From Acidimicrobiales bacterium (GTDB lineage: Bacteria; Actinomycetota; Acidimicrobiia; Acidimicrobiales; VFJN01): DNA of 64,000 bases. The notes beneath the pieces were generated by a model. It was not told the DNA's origin and made no database searches. It saw nothing but the letters and a program-made list of their open reading frames with translations. Below, piece after piece: positions 32,538 through 41,739 of the stretch (the stretch's first letter is position 1; the number at the start of each line of letters is the position of its first letter). The stretch is taken from positions 15,212 through 79,211 of the forward strand of contig JBJMHD010000112.1 in NCBI GenBank assembly GCA_045807565.1, given 5' to 3'. The translations under genes and the position numbers were made by a program.

Positions 32538-34064
32538 TCAGTTTACCTGCCGCTCCCTGCCCTCCCAGTAGGGGGCGCGGAGCTTGAACTTCTGGAGCTT
32601 GCCGGTGGCGGTGCGCGCCAGCTCGTCGCGGAACTCGATCGAGGTCGGGCACTTGAAGCCCGCGAGGTGCTCCTTGCACCAGGCACGGAGCTCGTCCTCC
32701 GTGGCGTTGGCGCCTGGCGCGAGGACCACGAGCGCCTTGATCGTCTCGCCCCACTTCTCGTCGGGCACCCCGATCACGCACACCTCGGCGACGGCGTTGT
32801 GCGAGAAGAGGCAGTCCTCGACCTCGATCGAGCTGACGTTCTCGCCGCCCGAGATGATGATGTCCTTCTTCCGGTCGCTGATCGTGAGGAAGCCGCCCTC
32901 GTCGAGCGAGCCGCCGTCGCCGGTGTGGAACCAGCCGCCCTCGAGCGCGTCGGCGGTGGCCTCGGGCTGGTCCCAGTAGCTCTTCAGGATGTGGTTCCCG
33001 CGCGCCAGGACCTCGCCCTGGCCGTCGACCTTGAGCTCGATGCCCACCGCCGGCACACCCGCGCGCGAGAGCAGCGACGCACGGTCGTGGGGCGTCAGGT
33101 CGTCCCACTCGGAGCGAGTCCGGTTGATCGTGAGCAACGGCGCCGTCTCGGTGAGCCCGTAGATCTGGATCATCTCCCAGCCGAGCTCGGCCTCGATGCG
33201 CTCGATGGTGCGCGTGGGCGGCGGCGCACCGGCCACCACGATGCGCGTGCGGCCGTGTCCGGGGACCGGGCCGTCCCACGTGGCCGCCGCCTCCAGCACC
33301 ATCGCGACCACCGCTGGGGCGCCGCACAGCAGGGTGACGCCGTGCTCCTCGATGCGTCGCAGGATGTCACCGCCGTCGACCTTGCGCAGCACCACCTGCG
33401 GCACCCCCATCGCGGTGAGCGCGTACGGCATGCCCCACCCGTTGCAGTGGAACATCGGCAGCGTGTGCAAGTAGGTGTCGCGATCGGACACGCCCGTGTG
33501 CCACCCGAAGATGGCGGCGTTGGACCACAGGTTGCGGTGCGTCATCTCCACGCCCTTGGGGCGTGCGGTGGTGCCCGACGTGTAGTTGATGGTGGCGGTG
33601 GCGTCCTCGTCCTGCTCGTCCCACGGCTCGGGCTCGCGCCCCTCGAGGAACACCTCGGCGTCGGTGTCGGTGCCCATCACCACGCGGTGCTTCACGGGCA
33701 GGTGGGCGACCGCCTCCGCGAGCTCGGGGTCGACGAGGAGCATCGAGGCCCCGGAGTGCTCGAGGATGTACTCGATCTCGCCCGGCGACAGGCGGAAGTT
33801 GATCGGCACCAGCACCCGGCCGTAGCCGCTCACGCCGAAGAACGACGTCAGCAGCCGCCCGGCGTTCTGCGACAGCACCGCCACCCGTTCGCCGCGGCCG
33901 ATGCCGCGCTCGTCGAGCCCGGCGGCCTGCGCCCGGGCCAGCTCGCGCATCCGCCGGTAGGTGACCTGGCCCAGCCCGCCGCCCGGGGCGTCGGGCTCGT
34001 CGTGGAACCCGATCCGATCGCCGTACACGAGCGCGGCCCGGTCGAGGTGGCCGCCGATGGTCAT
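32538..34064 (-). CDS. AMP-dependent acyl-CoA synthetase/ligase
   Basis: ORF 32538..34076 (TTG), with ATG 34064 preferred. YTSGTTARPKGV and WFHTGDGGSLDEGGFLTISDRKKD. Confidence 0.88.
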   Translation of the reverse strand: MTIGGHLDRAALVYGDRIGFHDEPDAPGGGLGQVTYRRMRELARAQAAGLDERGIGRGERVAVLSQNAGRLLTSFFGVSGYGRVLVPINFRLSPGEIEYILEHSGASMLLVDPELAEAVAHLPVKHRVVMGTDTDAEVFLEGREPEPWDEQDEDATATINYTSGTTARPKGVEMTHRNLWSNAAIFGWHTGVSDRDTYLHTLPMFHCNGWGMPYALTAMGVPQVVLRKVDGGDILRRIEEHGVTLLCGAPAVVAMVLEAAATWDGPVPGHGRTRIVVAGAPPPTRTIERIEAELGWEMIQIYGLTETAPLLTINRTRSEWDDLTPHDRASLLSRAGVPAVGIELKVDGQGEVLARGNHILKSYWDQPEATADALEGGWFHTGDGGSLDEGGFLTISDRKKDIIISGGENVSSIEVEDCLFSHNAVAEVCVIGVPDEKWGETIKALVVLAPGANATEDELRAWCKEHLAGFKCPTSIEFRDELARTATGKLQKFKLRAPYWEGRERQVN

Positions 34065-34177
34065 GGGTGTCCGCAACGTCGTTCCCCCTGCGCTCGGCCT
34101 GTTGTGCCTGGTCCGGACGGTAGCCCCCTGCCGATCGACCTTGACTCAGGATCCGCCCGAGGGGGACACTTCCCGGG

Positions 34178-34216
34178 ATGTCGACGTCCCCTCAGGCCGT
34201 AATCATCATCGTGTAG
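34178..34216 (+). CDS. leader peptide MSTSPQAVIIIV (Val-Ile-Ile-Ile-Val run)
   Basis: ATG 34178, GTA ATC ATC ATC GTG at 34199-34213, TAG 34214-34216. GGGGGA lies about 11 nt upstream. Too short for the ORF track. Confidence 0.65.
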   Translation: MSTSPQAVIIIV

Positions 34217-34247
34217 CGCACCGGTCCGCCGTGTGCGCTACGTCCGA

Positions 34248-34272
34248 CCGTCCACCCTGGTGGGCGGTTTTT
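34248..34272 (+). terminator. intrinsic terminator of the leuB-ilvE-cimA attenuator
   Basis: CCGTCCAC-CCTG-GTGGGCGG (one G-U pair) followed by TTTTT, ending 30 nt before the leuB GTG. Preceded by a 9-bp hairpin GTAGCGCAC (34213-34221) / GTGCGCTAC (34233-34241) that contains the leader stop codon. Confidence 0.65.
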
Positions 34273-34302
34273 CCGTTCTAGAGGCAGAGGAGAGGCAAGG
34301 CA

Positions 34303-35295
34303 GTGAGCCATCGGGTCGGGGTGATGGGTGGCGACGGGATCGGTCCCGAGGTCACCGCGGAGGCGCTGAAGGTGGTGCGCGCCGCGGGGGTGGCCCTCGA
34401 CACCGTCGACTACGACCTGGGCGGCGCGCGGTACCTGCGCGACGGCACCGTCCTCCCCGACGACATCGTCCAGGAGTGGCGGGGCCTCGACGCCCTGCTC
34501 GTCGGTGCCGTCGGCACCCCCGGCGTCCCACCCGGTGTCATCGAGCGGGGCCTGCTCCTCAAGATGCGCTTCGAGCTCGACCTCTACATCAACCTGCGGC
34601 CGTTCACGTACCCGGAGAACGACATCGACATGGTCGTGATCCGCGAGAACACCGAGGGGTCCTACGCCGGGGAGGGCGGCGCTCTCCGGAAGGGCACGCC
34701 CCACGAGGTGGCCACCCAGGGATCCGTGAACACCCGCATGGGGGTGGAGCGGGCCGTGCGCTTCGCGTTCGACCTGGCCGAGAGCCGGCCGCGCAAGCAC
34801 CTCACGCTGGTGCACAAGACGAACGTCCTCACCTTCGCCGGCGACCTCTGGGAGCGCACCTTCGACGAGGTGAAGGCCGAGCACCCCGACGTGTCCACCG
34901 CCTACAACCACGTCGACGCCGCCTGCATCTACTTCGTGCAGTCGCCGCAGCAGTACGACGTGATCGTCACCGACAACCTCTTCGGCGACATCCTCACCGA
35001 CCTCGGTGGCGCGGTGTCCGGGGGGATCGGGTTCGCGTCGAGCGCCAACCTGAACCCCGACCGCACCGGCCCGTCCATGTTCGAGCCCGTCCACGGGTCG
35101 GCGCCCGACATCGCCGGGCAGAACAAGGCCAACCCCGTCGCTGCGATCCTGTCGGCGGCCCTCATGCTCGACCACCTCGGTGAGGACGCCGCCGCCGCTC
35201 GGGTGCGCAAGGCCTGCGCCGAGGTCACGAACAGCTCTTCCGCTCTCACCGGCTCCACCACCGAGATCGGCGACCAGGTCGCCGCCCGCGTCTAG
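34303..35295 (+). CDS. leuB: 3-isopropylmalate dehydrogenase
   Basis: ORF as listed (GTG, SD GAGGAGAGG). [12 protein letters not shown] and [12 protein letters not shown]. Confidence 0.93.
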   Translation: MSHRVGVMGGDGIGPEVTAEALKVVRAAGVALDTVDYDLGGARYLRDGTVLPDDIVQEWRGLDALLVGAVGTPGVPPGVIERGLLLKMRFELDLYINLRPFTYPENDIDMVVIRENTEGSYAGEGGALRKGTPHEVATQGSVNTRMGVERAVRFAFDLAESRPRKHLTLVHKTNVLTFAGDLWERTFDEVKAEHPDVSTAYNHVDAACIYFVQSPQQYDVIVTDNLFGDILTDLGGAVSGGIGFASSANLNPDRTGPSMFEPVHGSAPDIAGQNKANPVAAILSAALMLDHLGEDAAAARVRKACAEVTNSSSALTGSTTEIGDQVAARV

Positions 35296-35320
35296 CGCAC
35301 ACGCAGAAGGACGAACCGAC

Positions 35321-36238
35321 ATGCCCATCACGCCCACCGAGAAGATCTGGATGAACGGCGAGCTCGTCGACTGGGACGACGCTCGCATCCACATCCTCAC
35401 CCACACGCTCCACTACGGCATGGGCGTGTTCGAGGGCATCCGCGCCTACGAGACCGACGACGGACCCGGCGTGTTCCGACTCACCGACCACATCGAGCGG
35501 CTGTTCCGCAGCGCCGCCATCCTCGGCATGGAGATCCCCTACACGGTCGACGAGATCGTGCAGGGCACCAAGGACACCGTGGCGTCCACTGGGCTGCCCG
35601 GCTGCTACATCCGGCCGATCGCCTACTACGGCTACGGCGAGATGGGCCTCAACACGCTGCCGTGCAGCGTGGACGTGTCGATCGCGTGCTGGCCGTGGGG
35701 CGCCTACCTGGGCGATGACGCGCTCACCAAGGGCGTGCGGATGAAGATCAGCAGCTGGACCCGCCACGACCACAACACGATGCCGCCGGCGGCCAAGACC
35801 ACCGGCAACTACGTGAACTCCAGCCTGGCCAAGGTCGAGGCGATCAAGGCCGGGTACGACGAGGCCCTGATGCTCAACCCGCAGGGGTTCATCTCCGAGT
35901 GCACGGGCGAGAACATCTTCGTGGCGCGGCATGGCCGGCTGATCACCCCGCCGCTGAGCGCCGGCGCGCTCGAGGGCATCACGCAGGACACCGTGATCCA
36001 CCTCGCCAAGGACTTCGGCTTCGACGTGGTCTTCGGCGACCTCACGCGCTCCGACCTCTACGTGGCCGAGGAGATGTTCGTCGTCGGCACCGCCGCCGAG
36101 GTGAGCGCGGTCAGCTCCGTGGACGACCGACCGATCCCGTGCCCGGGTCAGATGACCAAGGAGATCGGCGCCGCCTACGGCGACGTCGTCCGCGGCAAGG
36201 TCGACAAGTACAAGACGTGGGTGGAGCTGTGCACATGA
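35321..36238 (+). CDS. ilvE: branched-chain amino acid aminotransferase (class IV)
   Basis: ATG 35321 is residue 48 of ORF 35180..36238. GMGVFEGIRAY and TGNYVNSSLAK. Confidence 0.92.
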   Translation: MPITPTEKIWMNGELVDWDDARIHILTHTLHYGMGVFEGIRAYETDDGPGVFRLTDHIERLFRSAAILGMEIPYTVDEIVQGTKDTVASTGLPGCYIRPIAYYGYGEMGLNTLPCSVDVSIACWPWGAYLGDDALTKGVRMKISSWTRHDHNTMPPAAKTTGNYVNSSLAKVEAIKAGYDEALMLNPQGFISECTGENIFVARHGRLITPPLSAGALEGITQDTVIHLAKDFGFDVVFGDLTRSDLYVAEEMFVVGTAAEVSAVSSVDDRPIPCPGQMTKEIGAAYGDVVRGKVDKYKTWVELCT

Positions 36239-37833
36239 GCGACCTGCCCGCCCACGTGGAGATCTTCGACACCACGCTCCGCGACGGGGCGCAGTTCGAG
36301 GGGATCTCGCTCACCGTCGAGGACAAGCTCAAGGTCGCCGAGCAGCTCGACTGGCTCGGCGTGGCCTGGATCGAGGGCGGCTACCCGCAGGCCAACCCGA
36401 AGGACGAGGAGTTCTTCCGGCGGGCCGTCACCGAGCTCGAGCTGGAGACGGCCACGCTCGTCGCCTTCGGCTCCACCCGGCGCCCTGCCGGGAAGGTCGA
36501 CGTCGACCCCACCCTGCAGGCGCTGGTGGGCGCCGGCACGTCCACCGTGTGCATCGTGGGCAAGAGCTGGGACTTCCACGTGGAGCAGGCCCTCGGCACC
36601 ACCCTCGACGAGGGCGTGGCGATGGTGGCCGAGAGCGTGGAGTTCCTGAAGCGATCGGGCCTTCGGGTGTTCTTCGATGCCGAGCACTTCTTCGACGGCT
36701 ACAAGGCGAACGCCGAGTACGCGCTGCGCGTGCTCGAGGCGGCGGCGACGAACGGTGCGGACGTGCTCGTCCTCTGCGACACGAACGGCGGGTCGCTGCC
36801 CCACGAGGTGCAGCGCATCGTCACCGAGGTCCACTCCTACTTCGGCGACCAGCCGCTCGGCATCCACACGCAGAACGACACCGGTTGCGCGGTGGGCAAC
36901 TCGATCGCCGCCGTGGTCGGTGGGGCCACGCAGCTCCAGGGCACGGTCAACGGCTACGGCGAGCGCACCGGCAACGCCAACCTGATGACCTGCATCCCCA
37001 ACCTCGAGCTGAAGATGGGGATCCGGTGCCTCCCCGAAGGGCGGCTCGAGCGGCTCACCGCCGTGAGCCGTCACGTGGCGGAGCTGGTGAACCTGCCGCC
37101 GCACGCCGCCGACCCCTACGTGGGACAGAGCGCGTTCGCCCACAAGGGCGGCCTGCACACGTCCGCGCTCGGCAAGGCAGGGGGCGCCACCTACGAGCAC
37201 GTGGAGCCGGAGGCGGTCGGCAACGGCACCCGCGTCCTGGTGAGCGACCTCGGTGGTCGCGCCGGCATGGTGATGAAGGCCAAGGAGCTGGGCGTGGACC
37301 TCGACGACCGCGCCGCCGCCAAGCTCAGCGACGACCTCAAGCAGCTGGAGTCGGATGGCTTCGTGTTCGAGGCGTCCGACGCGAGCCTCGAGCTCCTCAT
37401 GCGTCGGGCCACCGGGTGGCAGCAGGACTACTTCAGGGTGGAGGGCTACCGGGCCACCACCTACCACCGGGCGCCGCTGCCGGGCAGCGACTCACCGGGC
37501 ATCGACACCGAGGCGACCGTGAAGATCTGGGTGGGCGACGAGCGTCTGATCGCGGTGGGGGAGGGCAACGGTCCCGTCAACGCCCTGGACCACGCCTTGC
37601 GCGGCCTCCTCGTGCGCAAGTACCCGCAGCTCGCCCACATCCACCTCACCGACTACCGCGTCCGCATCCTCGACACCGAGGCCGACACCGATGCTGTCGT
37701 GCGGGTCCTCATCGACTCCACCGACGGCGACCGGGCGTGGACCACGATCGGTGTGTCCACGAACATCATCGAGGCGAGCTGGCAGGCCCTCATCGACGCC
37801 ATCGTGTGGGGCTTGGTCCACTCCAGCGGCTGA
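36235..37833 (+). CDS. cimA: (R)-citramalate synthase
   Basis: ATG 36235 is residue 113 of ORF 35899..37833, with an ATGA overlap on the ilvE stop. EIFDTTLRDGAQ and HTQNDTGCAVGNS, plus a C-terminal LeuA-dimer-type regulatory domain. Length and layout match the CimA branch rather than LeuA. Confidence 0.85.
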   Translation: MSDLPAHVEIFDTTLRDGAQFEGISLTVEDKLKVAEQLDWLGVAWIEGGYPQANPKDEEFFRRAVTELELETATLVAFGSTRRPAGKVDVDPTLQALVGAGTSTVCIVGKSWDFHVEQALGTTLDEGVAMVAESVEFLKRSGLRVFFDAEHFFDGYKANAEYALRVLEAAATNGADVLVLCDTNGGSLPHEVQRIVTEVHSYFGDQPLGIHTQNDTGCAVGNSIAAVVGGATQLQGTVNGYGERTGNANLMTCIPNLELKMGIRCLPEGRLERLTAVSRHVAELVNLPPHAADPYVGQSAFAHKGGLHTSALGKAGGATYEHVEPEAVGNGTRVLVSDLGGRAGMVMKAKELGVDLDDRAAAKLSDDLKQLESDGFVFEASDASLELLMRRATGWQQDYFRVEGYRATTYHRAPLPGSDSPGIDTEATVKIWVGDERLIAVGEGNGPVNALDHALRGLLVRKYPQLAHIHLTDYRVRILDTEADTDAVVRVLIDSTDGDRAWTTIGVSTNIIEASWQALIDAIVWGLVHSSG

Positions 37834-37893
37834 CCGCCACGCTCGCCCGCCGGTTCGAGGCAGGTTCGGGGGCGGGAGTAGCGTCGCCGCGCG

Positions 37894-38433
37894 ATGGCTG
37901 CGCCTGAGCACGTCCCGGTCGATCGCACCAAGCCCGTCCGGGCCTACGAGTCGCCGCCGCGCCGTCCCGAGTCCTGGCACCCCGACCGTCCGGGCGAGCT
38001 GGTGGGCGACGGACAGCCCCGCGGCGACCGCGTCGGGAACCAGGGTCCCGACCAGGGCTACGCCCTGCGGCTGGCCCGCCAGCTCGAGGGCAAGCTCTCC
38101 CTCACGAGCGGGGAGCACGAGAAGGACGCGCTGGCGGGGGCCGTCGCTGTGGGCCTGAAGCGGGCGTCGCTCTTCGGTCGGGCGCCGGTGATCCACGACA
38201 TCAAGGTGGGTCTCACGGTGTGGGGGTTCCTCGGCGAGGCACCCAAGGAGCTCATCGACGTGCGCAAGGCGCTGTTCGAAGAGGTGTCGCACCCGCACCA
38301 CTACGCGTCGTTGGGTCGGATCGTGGACCTGGTCCCCGAGGACACCCTGCGCCTCAGCCTGGCGGACGTGGAGCAGCTGCAGCGCACCGACTGGCACCGG
38401 TTGCTCGGCGACCTCCCCGCCGCGTCCCGCTGA
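37894..38433 (+). CDS. conserved hypothetical protein
   Basis: ORF as listed. Coding-like GC3, no motif I recognise. Confidence 0.6.
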   Translation: MAAPEHVPVDRTKPVRAYESPPRRPESWHPDRPGELVGDGQPRGDRVGNQGPDQGYALRLARQLEGKLSLTSGEHEKDALAGAVAVGLKRASLFGRAPVIHDIKVGLTVWGFLGEAPKELIDVRKALFEEVSHPHHYASLGRIVDLVPEDTLRLSLADVEQLQRTDWHRLLGDLPAASR

Positions 38434-38469
38434 AGCAGCCAGCCAGGGGCTTCCCGATACCCTCGGGCG

Positions 38470-39891
38470 GTGACCACCGGGCCGCGCCTCCGCTTCGCGC
38501 CGTCGCCCACGGGCTACCTGCACGTCGGCAACGCGCGCGCCGCGCTCTTCAACTGGCTCGTGGCCCGGCGCACCGGTGGCGTGATGCTGCTCCGGGTGGA
38601 GGACACCGACCGCGAACGGTCCAGCTCCGAGCTGGTGGAGAACATCCTGGCGTCGCTCCGCTGGCTCGGCCTCGACTGGGACGGCGACATCGTGTTCCAG
38701 GCGGACAACCTCGAGAAGCACCGTGACGCGGCGCTGAGCCTGCTCGGTGATGGCCGTGCCTACTGGTGCGACTGCACCGCCGAGGAGGTCCAGGCGCGCG
38801 CCAAGGAGCGAGGCGGCCCGCCCGGCTACGACGGCCACTGCCGTGACCGTGGGCTCGCGCAGGGGCCGACCACCGCACTGCGCTTCCGAGTCCCGGACGA
38901 CGGCACGACGTCGTTCACCGACATCGTGCGCGGTGACGTCACCTTCGAGAACAAGACCATCGAGGACTTCGTGCTCCTGCGGTCCTCCGGCATGCCGATG
39001 TTCCTGCTCTCCAACGCGTTCGACGACGCCGAGATGGGCATCACCCACGTGGTGCGTGGGGAGGACCACGTGCCGGGCACCCCCAAGTACCTCTTGCTGC
39101 GCGACGCCCTCGGGCTCGGGCGCCCGGAGTCGTTCGCCCACCTGCCCATGCTCGTGAACGAGGGGCGCAAGAAGCTCTCGAAGCGCAAGGACGCGGTGTC
39201 CGTGGCCGACTTCGCCGCCGAGGGCTACCTCCCCGAGGCGATGGTCAACTACCTCGCCCTGCTCGGGTGGGGACCCCGCGACGGCGTGGAGATCCGGCCG
39301 CTGCACGAGATCGTCGACCAGTTCCGTCTCGAGGACGTCACGCCGTCGCCGGCGTTCTTCGACGTGAAGAAGCTCCAGCACATCAACGCCGAGTACATCA
39401 GAGCGCTCTCCACCGACGACTTCCTCCGACGAGCCCGTCCCTTCCTCTCCCGAGGGGACGCCGCCGCGGCCGCGCTCGAGCCGCTTGCGCCGCTGGTGCA
39501 AGAGCGCGTGCGGCTGCTCACCGAGGTGGAGCCGATGATCGCGTTCCTCCTCGACGAGGAACCCGAGCGCGACGAGGACGCCTGGACCAAGGCGATGGTC
39601 AAGGGGCGGGCGGCGCCGGAGATGGTCGCAGCCACGATCGCCGAGCTCGACGGGCTCACGGCATGGACCGCCCCCGCCATCCGGGCCGCGGTGGAGGCGG
39701 CGGCGGTGCGCGCCGGGCTCGTCAACGACGAGGGCCAACCGCAGCTGAGCAAGGCCCAGGCGCCGGTGCGGGTCGCCACCACCGGGCGGTCGGTCGGACC
39801 ACCCCTGTTCGAATCGCTCGAGGCCCTGGGTCGCGAGCGCACCCTCGATCGGCTGCGCGCGGCGGTCGCTGAGCTCGGTGACACGTCCTGA
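38470..39891 (+). CDS. gltX: glutamate--tRNA ligase
   Basis: ORF as listed (GTG). RFAPSPTGYLHVGNAR is the HIGH motif and KLSKRK is the KMSKS motif. Confidence 0.95.
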   Translation: MTTGPRLRFAPSPTGYLHVGNARAALFNWLVARRTGGVMLLRVEDTDRERSSSELVENILASLRWLGLDWDGDIVFQADNLEKHRDAALSLLGDGRAYWCDCTAEEVQARAKERGGPPGYDGHCRDRGLAQGPTTALRFRVPDDGTTSFTDIVRGDVTFENKTIEDFVLLRSSGMPMFLLSNAFDDAEMGITHVVRGEDHVPGTPKYLLLRDALGLGRPESFAHLPMLVNEGRKKLSKRKDAVSVADFAAEGYLPEAMVNYLALLGWGPRDGVEIRPLHEIVDQFRLEDVTPSPAFFDVKKLQHINAEYIRALSTDDFLRRARPFLSRGDAAAAALEPLAPLVQERVRLLTEVEPMIAFLLDEEPERDEDAWTKAMVKGRAAPEMVAATIAELDGLTAWTAPAIRAAVEAAAVRAGLVNDEGQPQLSKAQAPVRVATTGRSVGPPLFESLEALGRERTLDRLRAAVAELGDTS

Positions 39892-40565
39892 TGGGGCTCG
39901 CGGTGGACGCGGCTGAGGCGCGCCCCGCCCCGCCGCCACGAGGCCGACGCCGTGGCTGGGTCGGGCGGCTGGTCGGGACCTTGCTCCTGCTGATCGTCGC
40001 CTACTTCGTGGTGACCTTCGTGCAGGTGTACCGGGCGAGCAACCACGACGGTGCTCGAGACGCCGACGCCATCATCGTGCTGGGCGCGGCGCAGTACCAC
40101 GGACGTCCGTCACCGGTGCTCAAGCAGCGCCTCGACCACGCCCTCGAGCTCTACGACGAGGGCTTGGCGCCGATCATCGTGCTCACCGGTGGCAAGCAGG
40201 AGGCGGACACCTTCACCGAGGCCACCACCGGGTACAACTACCTGCGCGAGCACGGCGTGCCCGACGAAGCCCTCCTCAAGGAGGTGGACGGCACCAGCAC
40301 GTGGGATTCGCTCCGAGCGACCCACCGCTTCCTGCACGAGCGCGGCGCTGATGAGGTCGTGCTCGTCACCGACGACTACCACGCCTATCGCGTGGAGGCG
40401 ATCGCCGAGGAGGTGGGGTTCGACGCCTCGGTGTCACCGTCGGACTCGCTGCTCTCGAACACCAACGAGCTCGGCCGATTGATGCGGGAGACCGCCGCTG
40501 TGTCGGTCGGCCGGGTCATCGGCTACGACCGCCTCTTCCGGATCGACCACGACCTCAACGACTGA
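39891..40565 (+). CDS. DUF218/YdcF-like membrane-anchored protein
   Basis: ORF as listed, with a 1-nt overlap on the gltX stop. TM segment LVGTLLLLIVAYFVVTFV, then IIVLGAA...IIVLTGG...VLVTDDYHAYR. Confidence 0.75.
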   Translation: MGLAVDAAEARPAPPPRGRRRGWVGRLVGTLLLLIVAYFVVTFVQVYRASNHDGARDADAIIVLGAAQYHGRPSPVLKQRLDHALELYDEGLAPIIVLTGGKQEADTFTEATTGYNYLREHGVPDEALLKEVDGTSTWDSLRATHRFLHERGADEVVLVTDDYHAYRVEAIAEEVGFDASVSPSDSLLSNTNELGRLMRETAAVSVGRVIGYDRLFRIDHDLND

Positions 40566-40627
40566 CGCGTGGGCCAACCGGGGTGTGCGGGCTTCGACGG
40601 CCGTTCGGTAGGGTGACGGGCCCACCT

Positions 40628-40699
40628 TCGGGGGTGGTGTAATCGGTAACACAGCTGGTTCTGGTCCAGCTATTGGGGGTTCGAGTCCTCCCCCCCGAG
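40628..40699 (+). tRNA. tRNA-Gln (anticodon CTG)
   Basis: Hand-folded cloverleaf. Acceptor TCGGGGG/CCCCCGA, D stem GTGT/ACAC, anticodon stem GCTGG/CCAGC with loop TTCTGGT, T loop TTCGAGT. No encoded CCA. Confidence 0.9.
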
Positions 40700-40757
40700 C
40701 GCTACGAGCGTGCGACCGCTCCGGGTACCCGGGTAACGTCGCTCCCTCACCAGCCAA

Positions 40758-40833
40758 GCCCCCATCGTCTAGCGGCCTAGGACACCACCCTCTCAAGGTG
40801 GCGGCACGGGTTCGAATCCCGTTGGGGGTGCCA
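40758..40833 (+). tRNA. tRNA-Glu (anticodon CTC)
   Basis: Hand-folded. Acceptor GCCCCCA/TGGGGGT, anticodon stem CCACC/GGTGG with loop CTCTCAA, T arm ACGGG-TTCGAAT-CCCGT. Encoded CCA. Confidence 0.9.
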
Positions 40834-40850
40834 CGGGACGTCACGCGCTC

Positions 40851-40877
40851 GGCCCGGAACAGCTCGGGTTCCGGGCC
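40851..40877 (+). terminator. candidate terminator hairpin after the tRNA pair (no U-tract)
   Basis: Perfect 10-bp stem GGCCCGGAAC / GTTCCGGGCC with a 7-nt loop, 18 nt after tRNA-Glu. Confidence 0.35.
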
Positions 40878-40980
40878 GTCACCGACGCGTGTGTCGCTCA
40901 ACGAGCAGCGACTGTCCCGCAACGGGCACTCTGCAGCTGTGCTGGGGAACCGGCGGGCGTCCTCGTAGCGTCGAAGCGGC

Positions 40981-41349
40981 ATGAAGCGCGGCGTGGTCCT
41001 GGTAGGCGGCACGCTGGTGGTGGTGGCGATCGGACTCGCTCTGGCACCCACGCTCTGGCCGGCGGACGACAAGAACGAGTGGTCGGACTACAAGTCTCCG
41101 CCCTACACCTCGATCGAGGTCGGCGAGACCTACAACTTCGTGGTGTCGAGCCCTCACTGTGATGTCACCCAGGGTCTCATCGACGGGACGAACTGGCGGG
41201 CCGATCCGCCGATCCCGAGCGCGGAGTGGACAGGCAGCGCCGTCGGGCGGCTTCGCATCGTCGACACGGACACCGCGGCCTTCGTCAACGACCAAGGGGA
41301 CAAGGCCACGTTCGTGCGCGACACCTTGCCGGGCGTGGCCTGCGCCTAG
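40981..41349 (+). CDS. hypothetical secreted or membrane-anchored protein
   Basis: ORF as listed. N-terminal hydrophobic VVLVGGTLVVVAIGLALAP. High GC3. Confidence 0.6.
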   Translation: MKRGVVLVGGTLVVVAIGLALAPTLWPADDKNEWSDYKSPPYTSIEVGETYNFVVSSPHCDVTQGLIDGTNWRADPPIPSAEWTGSAVGRLRIVDTDTAAFVNDQGDKATFVRDTLPGVACA

Positions 41350-41739
41350 CGGAGGCGGGTGACCCATCCGTCAACCAGAGCCGCGCCTGGGCAGCGGCAT
41401 GGCAGCCCCGGCTTCGTGAGGCGATTGCCGGCCCCATCGCTGCCGATCTGCGACGGCGGCACGTGGGGCAGGGTGTCCATCGGTCAGACTGCGGGGCGTG
41501 CAGAACCGAACCCGACTTTGGGTCGTGGGCGCAGTGATGCTTCCGTACGTCCTTTGGAAGGGCTTTGGAATGAGCGGCTGGTGGGCGGTTCCTTCTGCAC
41601 TCCTGCTGCTGGGAGCAGAGGCCGTCATCAGCCGCTGGCGAACGTCCCGCAAGGTGCGCGCCTGATCGGCCATGACTGCCGATCGTGGTCATGAGGAATC
41701 GGTGGAGCGTCAGCCCGTGCTGCGAGAGATGATCGACGA

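Noticed and set aside
41350-41739. The listed ORFs in this gap (41226..41537, 41359..41694, 41285..41692, 41371..41673), considered as genes.
   Set aside because: All are Arg/Gly/Pro/Ser-rich with poor GC3 and no SD. Only the 42-aa TM frame is mildly plausible, and it is reported separately at low interest.
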